Assembly: GCA_035221665.1 (NCBI GenBank)
Contig: CM069141.1
Span: 60,884,001 to 60,948,000 of the forward strand
Direction: 5' to 3'
DNA length: 64,000 nt
Source: Okamejei kenojei
Taxonomy: Eukaryota
Shown: one piece after another, positions 1 to 13,414 of the stretch
Numbering within the stretch: the stretch's first letter is position 1
Layout of the letters: every line of letters starts with the position of its first letter
Made by a program: the position numbers and the translations under genes
The notes under the pieces: model-generated
Seen by the model: only the letters and a program-made list of their open reading frames with translations
Told to the model about the DNA's origin: nothing
Databases searched by the model: none

Positions 1-415
1 TATTCTGTCACCTCTATACTGTGAGTATTTAACAAAGTAGAGCATTGTAGGGCACTTTCCAGAGTACAATGTATTATGGATTCTGGGCAACCTTCCTGGA
101 TTGATTATCTTATATATAAGGTGATCGGATAATGAACTAACCTGTAAACTTATGTCAGTTTGGTGTATTGCAGAGTATGCTTCACTTCACTTATTTAAGT
201 TGACTTTAGCAGAATCCAGACCACACCGCAAAACCATTTTTTTTAAGATTTGTCAGAATAAGCAACAACAATTCATATTGGCAGATGTTGGGAAGTTCTG
301 TATTTGGAAGGTGGAGTAGTGAAATAATTGGATCGAACACCGAACTTGATCACATTGATCGTCAAACATCTATGATCAACATATTGACTGTTTTTGTTCT
401 ACATTTCTTTACCAG

Positions 416-487
416 GCGACTCAACAAGAATAAACTTCAGGTCCTTCCTGAACTGCTCTTCCAAGGCACCCCAAAGCTCTCCCGACT
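416..487 (+). CDS. SLIT3: SLIT3 internal coding exon (72 bp, one LRR unit of the first LRR domain; equivalent to human exon 4)
   Basis: Polypyrimidine tract and acceptor tttttgttctacatttctttaccag end at 415, and donor gtgagt starts at 488. The exon is exactly 72 nt, phase 2-2, and translates to [24 protein letters not shown]. As I recall them, human SLIT3 reads [24 protein letters not shown] (22/24 identical), while SLIT1 and SLIT2 have RLNRN.. and differ more. Confidence 0.95.
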
Positions 488-3464
488 GTGAGTAACAAAA
501 ATCCTTCCCTTTCCAAAAGAAATTGTACTTTGAATCAATTTAATTGACAATATGGCTGTGTACTGGGGGAAAAAAATGTCTGCAATGTTTCTGTTCAATT
601 GATCAATCAATGCCTTGTTTGTTTGAGTTGGTTGACCTGTCATCTAATTAGGAAAAACTGCTCACTCAACTTGTTTGAATAATTATCCAATCAAAAAAGA
701 GTTTGTTTGCTTTATTGACTTGACCTGGATGTTTCAAGAATGTTCAGGATATTATTTTGTAAATTTTTAAGAACAAGTTTAAGTTCACTCGTTTCAATGC
801 CATGTATATGAATATTTATAAATACCAAATCGACCACTACCTGAAACAATGTTGTATGTAGTTTTATTTGTGAGCAATTAAAATATGTATTCTTGAGTTG
901 GGCTAAATGGACTTTCCTCCTGCAATCATGTCTTGCAAATGTATTGGTCCTTTTTTTCTTTGCTGACAAGGTGACAAAAGTCAAGAATGCCTTTTTGGAT
1001 TCTCCTTCAGCAAGTGACAACTGACTGTCTTGGAGATATTCGTTAATTAATTGGTGTTTTTTTTTTTTTTTTCTATTCATGAGGACTAAGAGTGACTCTT
1101 TGTCTTACTTGGGTTCATTTTACCTGATTATATACAAAATGTAGATTACAGCTGCTGCATGTGAAGCAGAATTTTATAAGCTGGCACAATGTCAACTGCT
1201 TTCCTTATTGGCAGAGGACCACCCGATTGAGCCGGGTAGGGCATGCTACCAGTGCTGATGATTGCTTCTTGTTTTCTGTAATTATGTTTAAAACATAGTA
1301 CCTTCTGTAGTGACAAGGTTGTTAACAGATTAACCAAATCCTTTTTACAAGCTCCCAGGCACCAACAGGACATATTCTAGATGAGGATTTTATCTCTAAT
1401 TTCTATTGAATTTTTCTGCATTATTCATTTGCTGGGTGTCCTTGCTTTTCCTGTCATGGGAGGTAGTTAATGACACTTTACAGTCCTTGAAGGTGCAGAG
1501 CTGAGTAAAGCATTATCAATAACGCATCCATCATTGCCCAAGTATTTTGATTTAGCAGTTAGTGAACATGCATTTAGAGTAACATCTCAAATCAGTTCAG
1601 GGATCATGGGACAGCTGATTGTATCCTCAACTCCACATAGCCACACACCCTCAGGAAACTTATACCTCTTTCCTCATCAAGAATCTATCTACCTCTCCCT
1701 TAAAAACATTCAAAAACTCTTCTGTTACTACTTTTGAGGAAGATAGTTTCAAATCTCGGAAAGTCCGCAAGAAAAAGATTCACTTTAGTTTTCTGTTCTC
1801 CCACAAGAGAAGACATTATCTCTACATCCACCCTGTCAAGACCCCTCAGGATCTTATATTCCAATGAAGTGTCCTTTCAATCTTCTAAACTCTATTGGAT
1901 GCAGAGAATAGATTATTTGAAGTTCTCGTATGTACAGTCATATATTGGTAAATACCCATTTTTATGATTCTCTTATATTGCAAAAAATAAAATCCTAACC
2001 CTGTTTGACCAAGCTCCTTGTTTTATAATATCTCTGTGTTTGTTTCTGTGCCTATTTCTTTTTTTTCCAAGCATTCACCCTTAATTCCTTGGGCTACTTT
2101 CACATTAAAGTTGACATGTAAATGAATGATCCCCCCCACCCCCCAGAAAATTCAGCAGGTCAGACAGCATCTGCGGAAAGGGAAAGCAAATTAACATTTT
2201 AGTTGAAAATTCTGACATAGGGTCCTTTTCTATTTTTATTTGAGATTCTTCACAACTTTTTTTTAATGTCATTACATCGTTCTTGGAGGAATTGCAGAAC
2301 CAGGAAAATCTTTACCAATGTATTACAATGTTGTTACTATCAGTTGCTTGTTGGAACAGAAAGTTATGGCGACAGCCCAAGGAACTAAACTTGCAATGCT
2401 CCCTCTTTCTGTCATGGCCAGGGCAAGATGGGAAGGTGCCAAGCTGAGGCCCAACTTTCTCCTTTGGAAAGGAAATAAAAAATTAGAGCAAGAGTTACTA
2501 CCTGGCCGCTCTTTAACCCTCCTGGTAATTGTTGGAGGAATGCTTCTGGCAGCAGTGTGTTCAGTCCCCCATGTATCTACTTAGCTGGATTCACTGCTTG
2601 TTCTAAAATATAATAAAAAGGGGAAAGAGAAATAATGGTTCAGACACTTGCAACATGGCTAGTTTCTGATTGAGCAACCTATAACTTCCCCAAGGTTGCC
2701 CTATCACTTGTTTTTATCCTGAATCAATTTTAAAACGTCATAATCTAGGTGTGAATATTTTCCTTAATTGTTGGCCTTCTGACCTTGATCTGGAAATGGA
2801 GACTCGGTGATCTTAGAAGCACCTCGAACAGCTGTGGTTGATCGCTGGGAGTACTCTGCCAAGGAGAAGATACACCTCAGTCATCCCCACCTGCTGTTAT
2901 GCCGACTCTTGTGGCTTCTCTATTCTGTACCTGACTCTAATAATAGTGATTGCTTGGCTGATTTGCTCAGAATTATTTTGGGGGATTATAACTTGTTTGA
3001 CTTTTGAATAGTGCTGCAGACAAATATTCTCAATAGAAACATTGTTTGTTAAACTAAATAAATTGCCTCCATTATTTCTTTGTTTTATGGTGGGACCATC
3101 AGACTTCAGTGGTTAAAACAAACGTCTAGCTGTTCTATCCAATCCTGATCCACGTTTGACCTGTGGGTTTGCCCTGTTCATCAATAGTTACCATTCCCTA
3201 TGTTCCATTCTAATGGCCTGTCCTGGCAGATCGCTAGCGAAACTCATGCGTTAGAAAGATGCTACTAGTGGATATTTGCATTGGTATAGGAGCATCTCCA
3301 ATCTGCATGTTTGTGGAAACACTTATATTGGGCATGGGTACTGAAATGTATGCACATGACACACTTGCTCACACTTTCTCCGACTTTACTATTTTCTATT
3401 CAATGTTATCGTGTGTTATTAAAACAGGATAAGTCACTGCACGTTGACATTATTTGTAATGAGA

Positions 3465-3830
3465 AAGGATCCACATGGTAGGCTGCTCTGGAAGTTAGAT
3501 TACATGGAATCCAGGGAGAGCTAGCTGACTGGAAAGAGAATTGGCTTCATGGGAGGAAGCAGAGGGTGAGGATGAGAATGTAGACGGCATGATTAGTAAA
3601 TTTACAGATTACATGAAAGTGGATGGTATCATAGATGGTGAAGATGGTTACCAAAATTTACAGCAGGGTCTTGATCAGAAGGGCAAGTGGGCTGAGGATT
3701 GGTTAATGAAGTTTAATGCAGCTAAGTGGGGGTGTTGCATTTCGGAAAGTCAAACTAGGGCAGGACCAACACAGTGAATGACAGGGCTCCGGGGAGTGTT
3801 GTAGAGCAGAAGGATCTGGGAGTGCAGGGT
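3465..3830 (+). mobile_element. CR1-clade LINE reverse-transcriptase fragment (internally deleted)
   Basis: Translation includes PHGRLLWK and GMISKFTDYMKVDGIIDGEDGYQNLQQGLDQKGKWAEDWLMKFNAAK, a degenerate form of the CR1 motif KFADDTK..LQ.DLD.L..WA..W.M.FN..KC. Confidence 0.85.
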
Positions 3831-5371
3831 TTCCCAAGGGTGCTCCTACTTCTTCCGAGATCCCAAAGATGTGCTGACCGCTCGGTTCTGGGTTGTGGGT
3901 GGTGGGAGAGAGAACGGTGGATGGGTGCAACTAATGGGGTTACTCTGCAAGCTGGCAAAGGCCTGAACAACCCCTTACTGTGTCATCAGAAATATTCAAA
4001 GTGGCACAATATTAACTATCCTCTGCCCCACGTGAGTTTGAACACACAGAGCTGAAGATTCCTGGCTTCTGGTCAGTAGAAGATTATATTGAAAAGCTTG
4101 CCAAAAACTGGCAATCTCCCTCACAAAATATGCACGACCAATTAGAAAATGGATAGGCAAGAATAAACACACACCTGAATTATATCAGTAACTGAGGGAA
4201 GGGGAAATGTAATGCCGAGGTATAAAAATAATCGAAGGTTATAACGTTCTGGCAGGCGACCAGATGGAATCCGACAGTAATAAAGCAACAGTAGCATTAA
4301 ATGGTAGGATAACAAATACCTTTACAGTATGTCAATGGCATTATTTGAAGAGCTGGTATTCTCACTGGAATAAACCAGTTTAGCACCTCTTGTAAGTAGC
4401 CAAGCCATGTGTCTCTACATGACTCCCTAATGAAATCATATCTAGCTTAAATCTATAAAGGGTTGTGGTTATTATTCCCCCATCATTTGCAACTGCTATG
4501 TGTGCAATTTATTTAAACAAAAAGGTTTTCACTATTGAGGTTCAAAAGAATTTTGCGAAGTTGGTAGATCAATAAAACAGCTCCCAAAAGGAGCCATAGA
4601 AACCTCAGGTTGTGACTCCATCTTTCATCTGAGGTGCGCTTGTCAGCACAGTGATTGAAAGCAAGGCTGTGTGGTTGTCGTGAACAATCTGCTTCTCATC
4701 GGAATCCAGGCATCGCTTGGCTCTTCCCAGAATGCTTTTTTTCTCCTTTTTCTTTTTAACATAAGGAATAAAACCTTTATAGGATCAGATTGTCTATATA
4801 GATTATTTTATGATCTGGATATGTTTAAAAATTACAGCTTGCTGAAGATCCATATTTGTGTGGCAGACTGATTCTATTTGAAGCTGCACATGGAATCTCA
4901 TCTCCAGCGTATCGAATCCCTGGATATCATTTCCCCTCGCTGGATAATTTATCCTGACCAGGCCTCTAGGCCTTCATTTGATTAATCACCTCAAATGTGA
5001 GTTCAGTGATTGCTTAGAAGCCTGGAATAGTTATGGGCTTGTTAATGAGGTAGCATTTGGTTTGTATTCTGACATCCACTTCCTTTTGCACTTTTTTATG
5101 GTTCGGAAGATGAGAGTAAGTTATTTTACTTGCATAAGTACAAACCTTTTTTATTTATTTATTTATTTAAAAATTGGTGCCTGTAATTGCTTTCATTGCA
5201 CCAGGCTTGGTTGCTGAGTTTGGAATGTTGGAGCTTCTGTGACCCTTCTCTCATTGCAATGCATTTTTAAAAGTACCATATTTCTGCTATTGTTGGGTGG
5301 ACAGTCAATTGAGAGCAAAGAGTCACCTATAAGAACTGGAACCATTCCTGGTTGGCACAGACATGTCCAGT

Positions 5372-5645
5372 ATGGTAGTGCTGTGGGAAAGTTGCTGCCG
5401 TACAGCACCAGAGACCCGTGTTCGATCCTGACTATGGGCGCTGTCTGTATGGAGCATGTAAGTTCTCCCTGTGACCTGCGTGGGTTTTCTCCGCTTTCAT
5501 CCCACACTCCAAAGACATATAGGTTTGTAAGTTATTTGGCTTGGTAAAATTGTAACTGTCCCTCGTGTGTGTAGGATCGTGTTGGTGTGCCCGGATGGGC
5601 TGAAGGATCTGTTTCCAGCGGTGTATGTCTAAACTTAACTGAATT
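5372..5645 (+). mobile_element. HE1-type tRNA-derived V-SINE
   Basis: B-box-like gttcgatcc, V-domain-like ctgtatggag..ttctccctgtgacctgcgtgggttttctcc..cccacactccaaagac, and a CR1-like 3' end gggctgaagg..tgtttcc..tgtatgtctaaac. Confidence 0.85.
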
Positions 5646-6084
5646 AGACTGGTATGGGAAGGAGAAATAGTTTGTATTAACCAATAATGTATACAATATG
5701 AGAGGAACAGTTTCCCTTATGTGAATGAGAATCTGGTGGTGTGAGAATGTGTTAGTGAGAAACATACAAGGGGAAGCAAAACTTGGGTACATGAGGGACA
5801 AACTGTGTCATAGAGCTTGGGATGGGAATCGGTTAAGGGAGTACTTCTGTGACTGGGGAAAGCAAGGGAGAGAGTGGCTGCGTTAACAATGTGTGGTAAT
5901 GGGAAGAGGGATTCAATGTAATGACAAGGGTTGGGTGTGGCGGGGGTATGTGATGAGGCCAGGGAGTGGTAAAAGGCAGTGTTCAGTAACTGAGGTCAAT
6001 GTGTGAGTGAGAGATGTCTCTTTACATGGCAAAGGAGTTAGAGATTGTTAGTTGACTTAGAGAGAAGCATAAATAAATAAGAGA

Positions 6085-6465
6085 TAGACGCAAAATGCTA
6101 GAGTAACTCAGCGGGACAGGCTGCAACTCTGGAGAGAAGGAATGGGTAACATTTTGGGTCGACACCCTTCTTATAAATAAATAGGAGCAGGAAGAGGCCA
6201 CTCAGCCCCACTCGGCTATCCTGCCAATCAACAGGATCAGGACCAATCTGCCCAGGCCTTAACTTCTCTCTTGTGCCCACTTGATATAGTTCTCACTTTC
6301 ATGATCTTTTAAAACCTAACTACTTCTTTGTATCCCTTCGACGATCTGGTCTTGATCAGTCTGAATAAGGGTCCTGACCCAAAACATCATCTGTCCATTT
6401 CCTCAATAGATGCTACTTGACCCGTTGAGTTCCTCTAGTACTTTGTTATTGCTCAAGATTCTTGT
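6085..6465. mobile_element. Two oppositely oriented Penelope-like terminal fragments flanking a CR1 3' stub
   Basis: Minus copy gagtaactcagcgggacagg..gggtcgacacccttc at 6085-6172. Plus copy ctgaataagggtcctgacccaaaacatc from 6361. CR1 tail aggagcaggaagaggcca lies between them. Confidence 0.7.
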
Positions 6466-7189
6466 GTCTCAAATATATAGCCTAGACAATCCCCCGGGTT
6501 ATAGGATTCCAGTGATTTACTGCCCCCTACAAGAAGAAGCAGCATCTGTGCATGGAGGGGTGGGTTATGATATTTCAGATAAGGTAGGAGATGGGGATGG
6601 GGCACAGGAGGCCGCAGCTAACAGCCCAGACAAGCATCCATTGATAAAAGATCAACCATGAAAATGAGAAATGCCATTTTATACTTCGATATATCCACTT
6701 TAAGCTGGAAATCATACAACACTGTGAATTGAGTAAACTGTCTTAAAATTATGCGGGGTTTGAATGTAGAAGAGAAGAAATTAGAAGTTCTGAAAAAGTC
6801 TGAACTAATGGAAGGATAAGGGCTGAAGGTAATAGTTCAGCTGTGCATGAGAAAATTTAAATTTGCCTCCTATGCTCTTGCTATAGCCTAGGGGAGCTCA
6901 GGCAAAAGAGGAGGAAAAAATAGCCTCCCTCAGGGATGCATGTGTGCTGTGTTAGGGAATAACCAAGAGTTCCACAAATGATGTGAGGCCCCTCTGCTGC
7001 AAGCCTATGTTCAGTGACACGGGTTGAAAAGTATTAAATGGAGTTCAAGGGCATTTACAAGAAACAATGACAGCCACACACCGCTGTGTAGCCTGCAGCC
7101 TCTGTCCTCACCGTATGGAGGTTGCTGCCGCGAAGCCTTTTGCTCACAACCCGGTGAGCAGATGGGCTGAGGAGGGGCTCTGTTAAATG

Positions 7190-7540
7190 TTTTGCAATCA
7201 TGTTTCATCCCAAGTTCTTTATCAGCTAGTGAAATACATATTGAAGTATAGTCAACAGAGGTGATGTCGGAAACACGGCAATCAATTTGCACAAATCAAG
7301 GACTCGCAAGCAGTAATTTGGATGATCTTAATCTGTAATATAGGACTGAGAGATTAAGCATTGGCCTGGACACTAATGAGAATTCCTTAATTATCTTTGG
7401 GATCTTTTGCATCCAATTGAGAGGAAATATGGCAAACCTGTGCAATGGCCATTAGTGTTGCCTTGTGCCTTACTGGATTGTTGGAGAGGATTATGTACTA
7501 AAGCCTGCAGAGGGACTTTATCCAGTGACCATCAACTTAC
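7190..7540 (-). mobile_element. Old Deu-domain SINE (SacSINE1-like)
   Basis: The reverse complement contains ggatgcaaaagatccca..gtgtccaggccaat..ttgtgcaaattgattgccgtgtttcc..gactatacttcaa..ttgggatg, which follows the DeuSINE core and tail as I recall it. Confidence 0.6.
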
Positions 7541-8071
7541 AAAGCTGGAATACTCAAAAGTGGCCTGGACCTTTCTCGTCTGCATGATTCTCGACATTCA
7601 CTGACTGATCGCATTGGAAGGTGGGAATTAAGTAAAAGCGGAGGCATAAAAGGGGTGACATTGATGTCTGCTCCTGGGGTAATATCTGCTGCATCAAAGG
7701 TCTAAACAGTTCTGAGAGTAGATACATATCGATGTGCCCAATACCAAACAACTAAAGAAAGGACCCTGCTCCGAATATCGTCAAACAGAATGCATTTACT
7801 ACCCTCAGTATCCTTGAAAAACACCGTGACAACTTAATAGATCCATGGAATGCATAGCTGTGACCAATCCAAATGTGGAAGGAACGTCTGCACATATATT
7901 TAAGTACCTCGTACCATTACAGCAGGAGTAAATCCCCCTTCAAGCAATTTAGCCCTATAGTTGCGGAGTCTGCAGATCTTCCACAGGAGGCATGGGGCAC
8001 CCCAGAAGCCGTGAAACTAGAAGGAAAGCAAGTCGAGGTACTGCCAGGAAGGGAGAAGTAATCTCAATGAG

Positions 8072-8625
8072 GTTTTGGTTTAGGTTTAGGCTTATTATTG
8101 TCACGTGTACCTAGGTTTGTTTTGCATACTATCCGATCAAAATCTGTTAATACAAAACTTAAATGCATTCAAGCCAAGCTCAAGTGCAATAGGTAGAATA
8201 ATGGAAAATATACCGAGTGCATTATATAGTTCTCAGCATTACAGCACAACTGTTCCAGAGAAAAAAATCCAATGTCTGCAATGATGTAGAGGAGAATCTG
8301 ACTGTATCCTAATTCCTGTATGGACCATTCTTTAGTCAGAGGGTGGTGAATCTGTGGAATTCACTGCCACAGAAGGCTGCAGAGGCCAAGTCAATTGATA
8401 TTTTTAAGGCATAGGTTTTTGATTAGTACGGGTGTCAGCGATTATGGGGAGAAGGCGGTTGGGAGGGAAAGATAGATCGGCCATGGATGAATGGCAGAGT
8501 AGACTTGATGGGCCGAATGGCCAAATTCTGCTCATATCACTTATGAACTTATGAACATTCAGAAGTCCGACAACAGAGTGGAGAGAAACTGTTCTTGAGT
8601 CTGGTGGTGTGTGCTTTCAAGCATC
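8072..8625 (-). mobile_element. Rex1/Babar-like LINE 3' end, interrupted by a CR1 insertion
   Basis: Tail (minus strand) gtacacgtgacaataataagcctaaacctaaacc. After the CR1 it resumes with aaactgttcttgagtctggtggtgtgtgctttc, the TTRLKNSF-type ORF end. Confidence 0.65.
8327..8556 (+). mobile_element. CR1/HER1 LINE 3' end
   Basis: ttctttagtcagagggtggtgaatctgtggaattcactgcca (FSQRVVNLWNSLP), then gggccgaatggcc and a (cttatgaa)2 tail. Confidence 0.9.
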
Positions 8626-9754
8626 AGAGGATGTAAGCATGATGAAATGAGACTGAACAGCAGCCAACTTGAGCTTGACTCACCCTCAGTCTCTCTCCTC
8701 ATGAGCTATGTTTGTCACAATCACCATGTATGTGCATTGTGTGTGACCCAGCTCGTCATCAAGATTGTGCCAACTGGAATAAGAAATGAAGAATAATTAC
8801 TTATTTTAAATGTATTATAATTTCTCTTGCGTTGATTATATGTTAGATATGAGGCACATTTTAAGACTCTTTCGCCCTTTCTCCATGCATGCATTTTCTA
8901 CTCATTTTATTGCTCATAAAACTCATGGCCAAAGCTAATTGCCAGGGAGAGCCTTTCGGTTGTTTTAATCCAAGCAAGCACATTATCTGCACAGATCTGC
9001 ACAGCCTTGCATCTTGTGGCCTAGAGATAAAAGTGCTTGCAAGGGAAGGGAAGAAGGCAGATCTGTTTATTTGTTTGTCCACACTGTCACCACATCTCAA
9101 GTCAGCAGAATCAATCTCGATTGAAATTGCATGAGTGTAAATGTGGTGGGTGTGCTGCACAACAACTTATCAGACAATCCTGGCTGCACACTTGTCTGGT
9201 AAATTGTCAGGTTTAGTGCTGCCTTAAAGAATAGAGAATATTCAATGCAAAACCTAGCGCTGGTTAATGGAAGTTATTCTTAATTACAGATGAATGACTA
9301 TATTATCTTGGTGCATTTTCATTTCCTTTACCATGGTTCTATTTAAATTGTTCTGTGCTCCTCAAAGCATTAATGATAAAATGTGTAGCTTCTTAATTGA
9401 ATTCAACTTTTTAATTATTAAAATGCACACTCACTAATTCCATGAATTGGAAAGAAGACCTTCTGACAACGGATTTTTTTGGACAAGTGAAGATCATAAG
9501 TCCACCTCATCAGCACTTTCAAACATCGCATTAAGATCCTCACTGTGACTGTAATGACCCTCCGTTAATGCTTTTTCCTCACTGCAATATTTCAGAAACA
9601 CAAACGAAAAATACCGTGAATGCAGGAGATATGAAGTAAAGGCAGGATATGCTGGCCTTTCTCATGTCAAGTAGCAGCCGCAGGAATGGAAAGACTCAAT
9701 GACGTTGTATGATAAAAGAAAATTAAAAATCTACAGATTTATCAAGTTTTCAGA

Positions 9755-10053
9755 TTTGTTTAGTTTACAGATACAGTGTGGAAACAGGCCCTTCAGCCCA
9801 CTGAGTCCACGCCGACCTGCCATCCCCGTACACTAACACTATCCAACACACACTAGGGACAAATTACATTTATACCGTGCCAATTAACCTACATCTTTGG
9901 AGTGTGAGAGGAAACCGAAGATCTTGGAGAAAACCCACACAGGCCTCGGGAAGAACGTACAAACTCCCTACAGACCGCACCCATAGTCGGCATCGAACCC
10001 GTGTCTCTGGCGCTGTAAGGCAGTAGCTACACCACTACATCACCATGCCACCC
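9755..10053 (-). mobile_element. HE1-type V-SINE, near full length
   Basis: Reverse complement of the 5372 family. Head gggtggcatggtg..gggttcgatgcc; tail gggcctgtttccacactgtatctgtaaactaaac. Confidence 0.88.
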
Positions 10054-10899
10054 TACATGATGCAGGGAGAGAAGGCAGGGGAAGGAGCAAAAGGATATTC
10101 TATGGTGGGTTAAAGAAGGAACTGCAGGCTGGACAGCTGGAGAAACTCAGCGGGTAAATGCGAAGTTAAAAAAGGGTTGGCATAATAATTGACCTCCCGG
10201 TGGCTCACATGATCTCGTCCAGAAGTATACCCCAAAATATCCCTGAATTGAAGAAGGGTCAAAACATCGCCTATCTCCTTCGTCCTTAAAATCAACAACT
10301 GAACTTGACACACATGATCCAGTGCCCATACAATGGATAATTCTATAATCCATCAAAAAATAATCTCTACCCTTCATTTATTTGGTGAAATGACCCAGTG
10401 TTCTTCACTAGTTTTTGCACCCTGTTTTCAGCTGCTTTTTATTTTACTATTATATTCTTCTCTGGACCTCTTACTCCAAATCCTCTGGATTTACCAACTT
10501 CTTCCTGTCCTCTGTTGTATCTTTCAGCCTCCTGCTTTCTCGTTATCTTCTGCTCAGCATCCCCAAGGAAAAGTGAAGCATTTTGGTGCATGCTGAGTGT
10601 TATTACAGTGCAAATTGAATAGCTACATTTGCAGCAGTAGCCTCTGTAGCAGATACGTATTTTGACCCACGTCTGGGGAAACATGAATCCGTTGAGTTTG
10701 GGGAAAGGTCTCATGCACTTAACTATTCTAGATCTTTGATGAGTGATCATTTTGCTCTTTCAACATAAGTTCATGCAGAACTAATATACCAATAATGAAA
10801 TGATTTTGCAGGAACTCGTTATTTGCAAAATAGGAAGGAAGTTGATGTATAATTGCTAATGATTAAAACCAGGCTCCGTCTGAAGTTTGGCTTTGATAT

Positions 10900-11900
10900 G
10901 CAGCACATAAAAGCAGAATGTTTGTTAAATGGTGAAGAACTGGGTAGTGCTGATGTTCAAAGGGACACAGTGGTGCTTGTACACAAGACGGTGAAAGCCT
11001 ACAAGGAGGTGCTGCAAATAATTATGAAGGCAAATGTTAATCTTATTTATGGAATTGAATGCAGGCGTAAAGACGTTTTACTGTAATTGTATAGAGTCTT
11101 GGTGGAGGATTATTTATAGTTTTTGTCTTCTTATCTAAGAAAATACATCTTTCACACGGAGTTCAGTGAAGATTCATTAGACTGGCTACAGGGGTGGAAT
11201 AGATTGGGGTGACATTCTGCAGAACTCAGAGGAATGAAAGCAGATCTCATGGGGAGGGAATATCCAACCTTTTTAAACGGCAGGATAAGGTAGATGCACG
11301 GAAGATGCTTCCTCTTGCTAATGAATCCAGGACCAGGGTCACATTCATAACAGAATGTCTTCACTCAAAGCAGAAACGAGAGGGAGAGGAAGAGTGAAGT
11401 TAGAGATAACAAGCGAGAGAACGTGAGTGAGAGTGAGGGAGAATCATTACTTTTCTGATGACTTGTCATTGAGCTGAAATGTTTGTACTTATTCTCTTTC
11501 CATTTGGCCAGAGTTTGCATTTGGCCAGATTTTGTTTTCCTAGCACCTTACCTTCCTTTCATACCAATTTCCCAAGGGTGTAGATAGGGCCAAGAGTAAG
11601 AATATTTTCCCCTTAGCAGAAGTGTCTAAAGCTCTAAAGGGCATAGATTTAAGGTAAAAAGACAAAGGATTAAAAGATATCTGAGTTTCTTTTTAACCCA
11701 GCAGTTGCAATCTGCAGCACATTGTCAAAATTGTAGAGGAGGCAGAGACTCTCACAACATTTAATAAGTGTCCGAACAAGGATTTATATTGCCAAGCCAT
11801 GGAAGGCTATGGATCAAAAGTTCTGGTAAATGGGACAAACATGGATGGGTCAGCATAGAGATGATGGACAGAAGGCCTCTTCTCTATGCTGTATGAACTT
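10900..11900 (+). mobile_element. Old, degraded CR1 LINE 3' fragments
   Basis: CLLNGEELGSADVQRDTVVLVH..IMKAN..GIECRRKDVLL followed by RQDKVDARKMLPL..SRTR. A second 3' UTR remnant lies at about 11570-11900. Confidence 0.75.
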
Positions 11901-13314
11901 CAGCCCTACCTGGTATAGAAATCAATGGTAGGTAATGCCCAGCTCCTTCATGACGCTAGACCATACTGGAAGCCACTGCTGACTTTCATTAATGAGCTTC
12001 ACTTCACTGCAATCTCAGGAACAAGGAGAGTTCAAACCAAGTGAAAATAGTGTTAAATAACATATTACATTATAAAATATAAAACAAGTGCTGTTCTTTG
12101 CTCAGTCCTACGATTTCTCCTTCTGGCCTGTTGCAATGGAGGTACATGTAAGAAAATGCTTGGATATAAACCTTCCTCATGTCCAATCCGGGGAGACCCC
12201 AGCAGAAGGTCTGATTCAAATTTCCTTACAAGACAAGGAGCAAAGGCAATACTGGGGACATCTCATGGAGCTGGGCAGATTGTGCTGAGGGCTGCTTTGG
12301 GGATCAAATGTCTGCTTCCTGATCCAGTGACGATCTTCTCACACAGAATATTGCTTGAATCATTCCAGAGAAAGCAACTTGAGAACAAAGAGAAATCTTC
12401 CCAATCTTCTTGACCTCTGAACTCTTTTGCTAGCTGTAACTTTTAAACTCCCTTCCATTTTAGTTACAGTCAGATGGTGGACTGACCATCGCATCAAGCA
12501 ATCTGTTTTTTATTTCACTTCAAAACACTGTAAATCAGAAATTGGAATTCTATTTCTGATTGTTTTCATATGTTTTACCACCCCCTTACCTATGTCAATG
12601 TTTGATATGTCTGTTAGGAAAGCAGATGAAGACTTATTTTGTTTGGCATGTAACACAGTTGGTGCTCAGAACATTTTGGTGCTTCATGGCATGGTCAATA
12701 TTTGTTACACAGTGCACTGGAGTTGCTTAATCACTGGAATGGTCAGCAATGTCTTGTGAGGGCTACCTGTTGGCAAATAAGTTTTGGCAAATATATTGTT
12801 CAATCCTTTATGAGATATGTTCTAGTAAATATAATGGCCCAGCAAGTTAAGGTCAAGAGTCAATATGGTTATTGTCTTATGCACCTAGAACAGAACAATG
12901 AAATCTTTCTTGTTGCAGAACAGCTTCAGTTGATTCAATAGGTAGGTGAGAGTTGGGTGCAGGGATAGTGATTGAAATAATCTAGCATTCTAATTCCTAA
13001 TTTCTGTGCGGTGAGTGCAGGTAGAATGTAATTTGATTGTTTTCTAGTCATCAGCTTCATTTTGCCTGCCAACAACTGAGTGTGTCAGGCTGTTTCAACT
13101 GTTCAATGGAGCTGAGCTCTATTAAATTAACTATGCCCATCCTCAGGGGTTGGAGGCTGGAGACAGATACTCACAACCTTTAAGTATGTAGATAAGGTCT
13201 TAAATAACTCATGCATGAAGGCTTCAGTCCAAGTGATGATAATTGGGATCAGTGTAGATGGGCACTGATGGGTCAAGGGCTTATGTCTGCCTTATTTGAA
13301 TCTATGATACATCC

Positions 13315-13405
13315 ATAAAGATGCCCATCTCTGCTTCATCTTCTGCTGCTAAAACACTCATCCATAACTTTGTAACCTCTAGACTTGACTGGCCCAATAC
13401 ACTCA
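13315..13405 (+). mobile_element. L2-clade LINE fragment
   Basis: Encodes SSSAAKTLIHNFVTSRLDWPNTL, matching the L2 motif AETLIHAFVTSRLDY.N.LL. Confidence 0.7.
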
Positions 13406-13414
13406 AGGTAATTA

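Noticed and set aside
1-26. gtgagt donor-like site at 21-26 as the end of SLIT3 exon 3
   Set aside because: The upstream bases do not encode the expected ..LERL end of the previous LRR.
437-1080. Minus-strand ORFs of 122 aa and 68 aa
   Set aside because: No recognisable domain. One starts in a poly-T tract and the other is antisense to the real SLIT3 exon.
5372-5435. tRNA-like A/B boxes here and at other SINE heads
   Set aside because: These are tRNA-derived SINE heads with no complete cloverleaf, so they are not tRNA genes.
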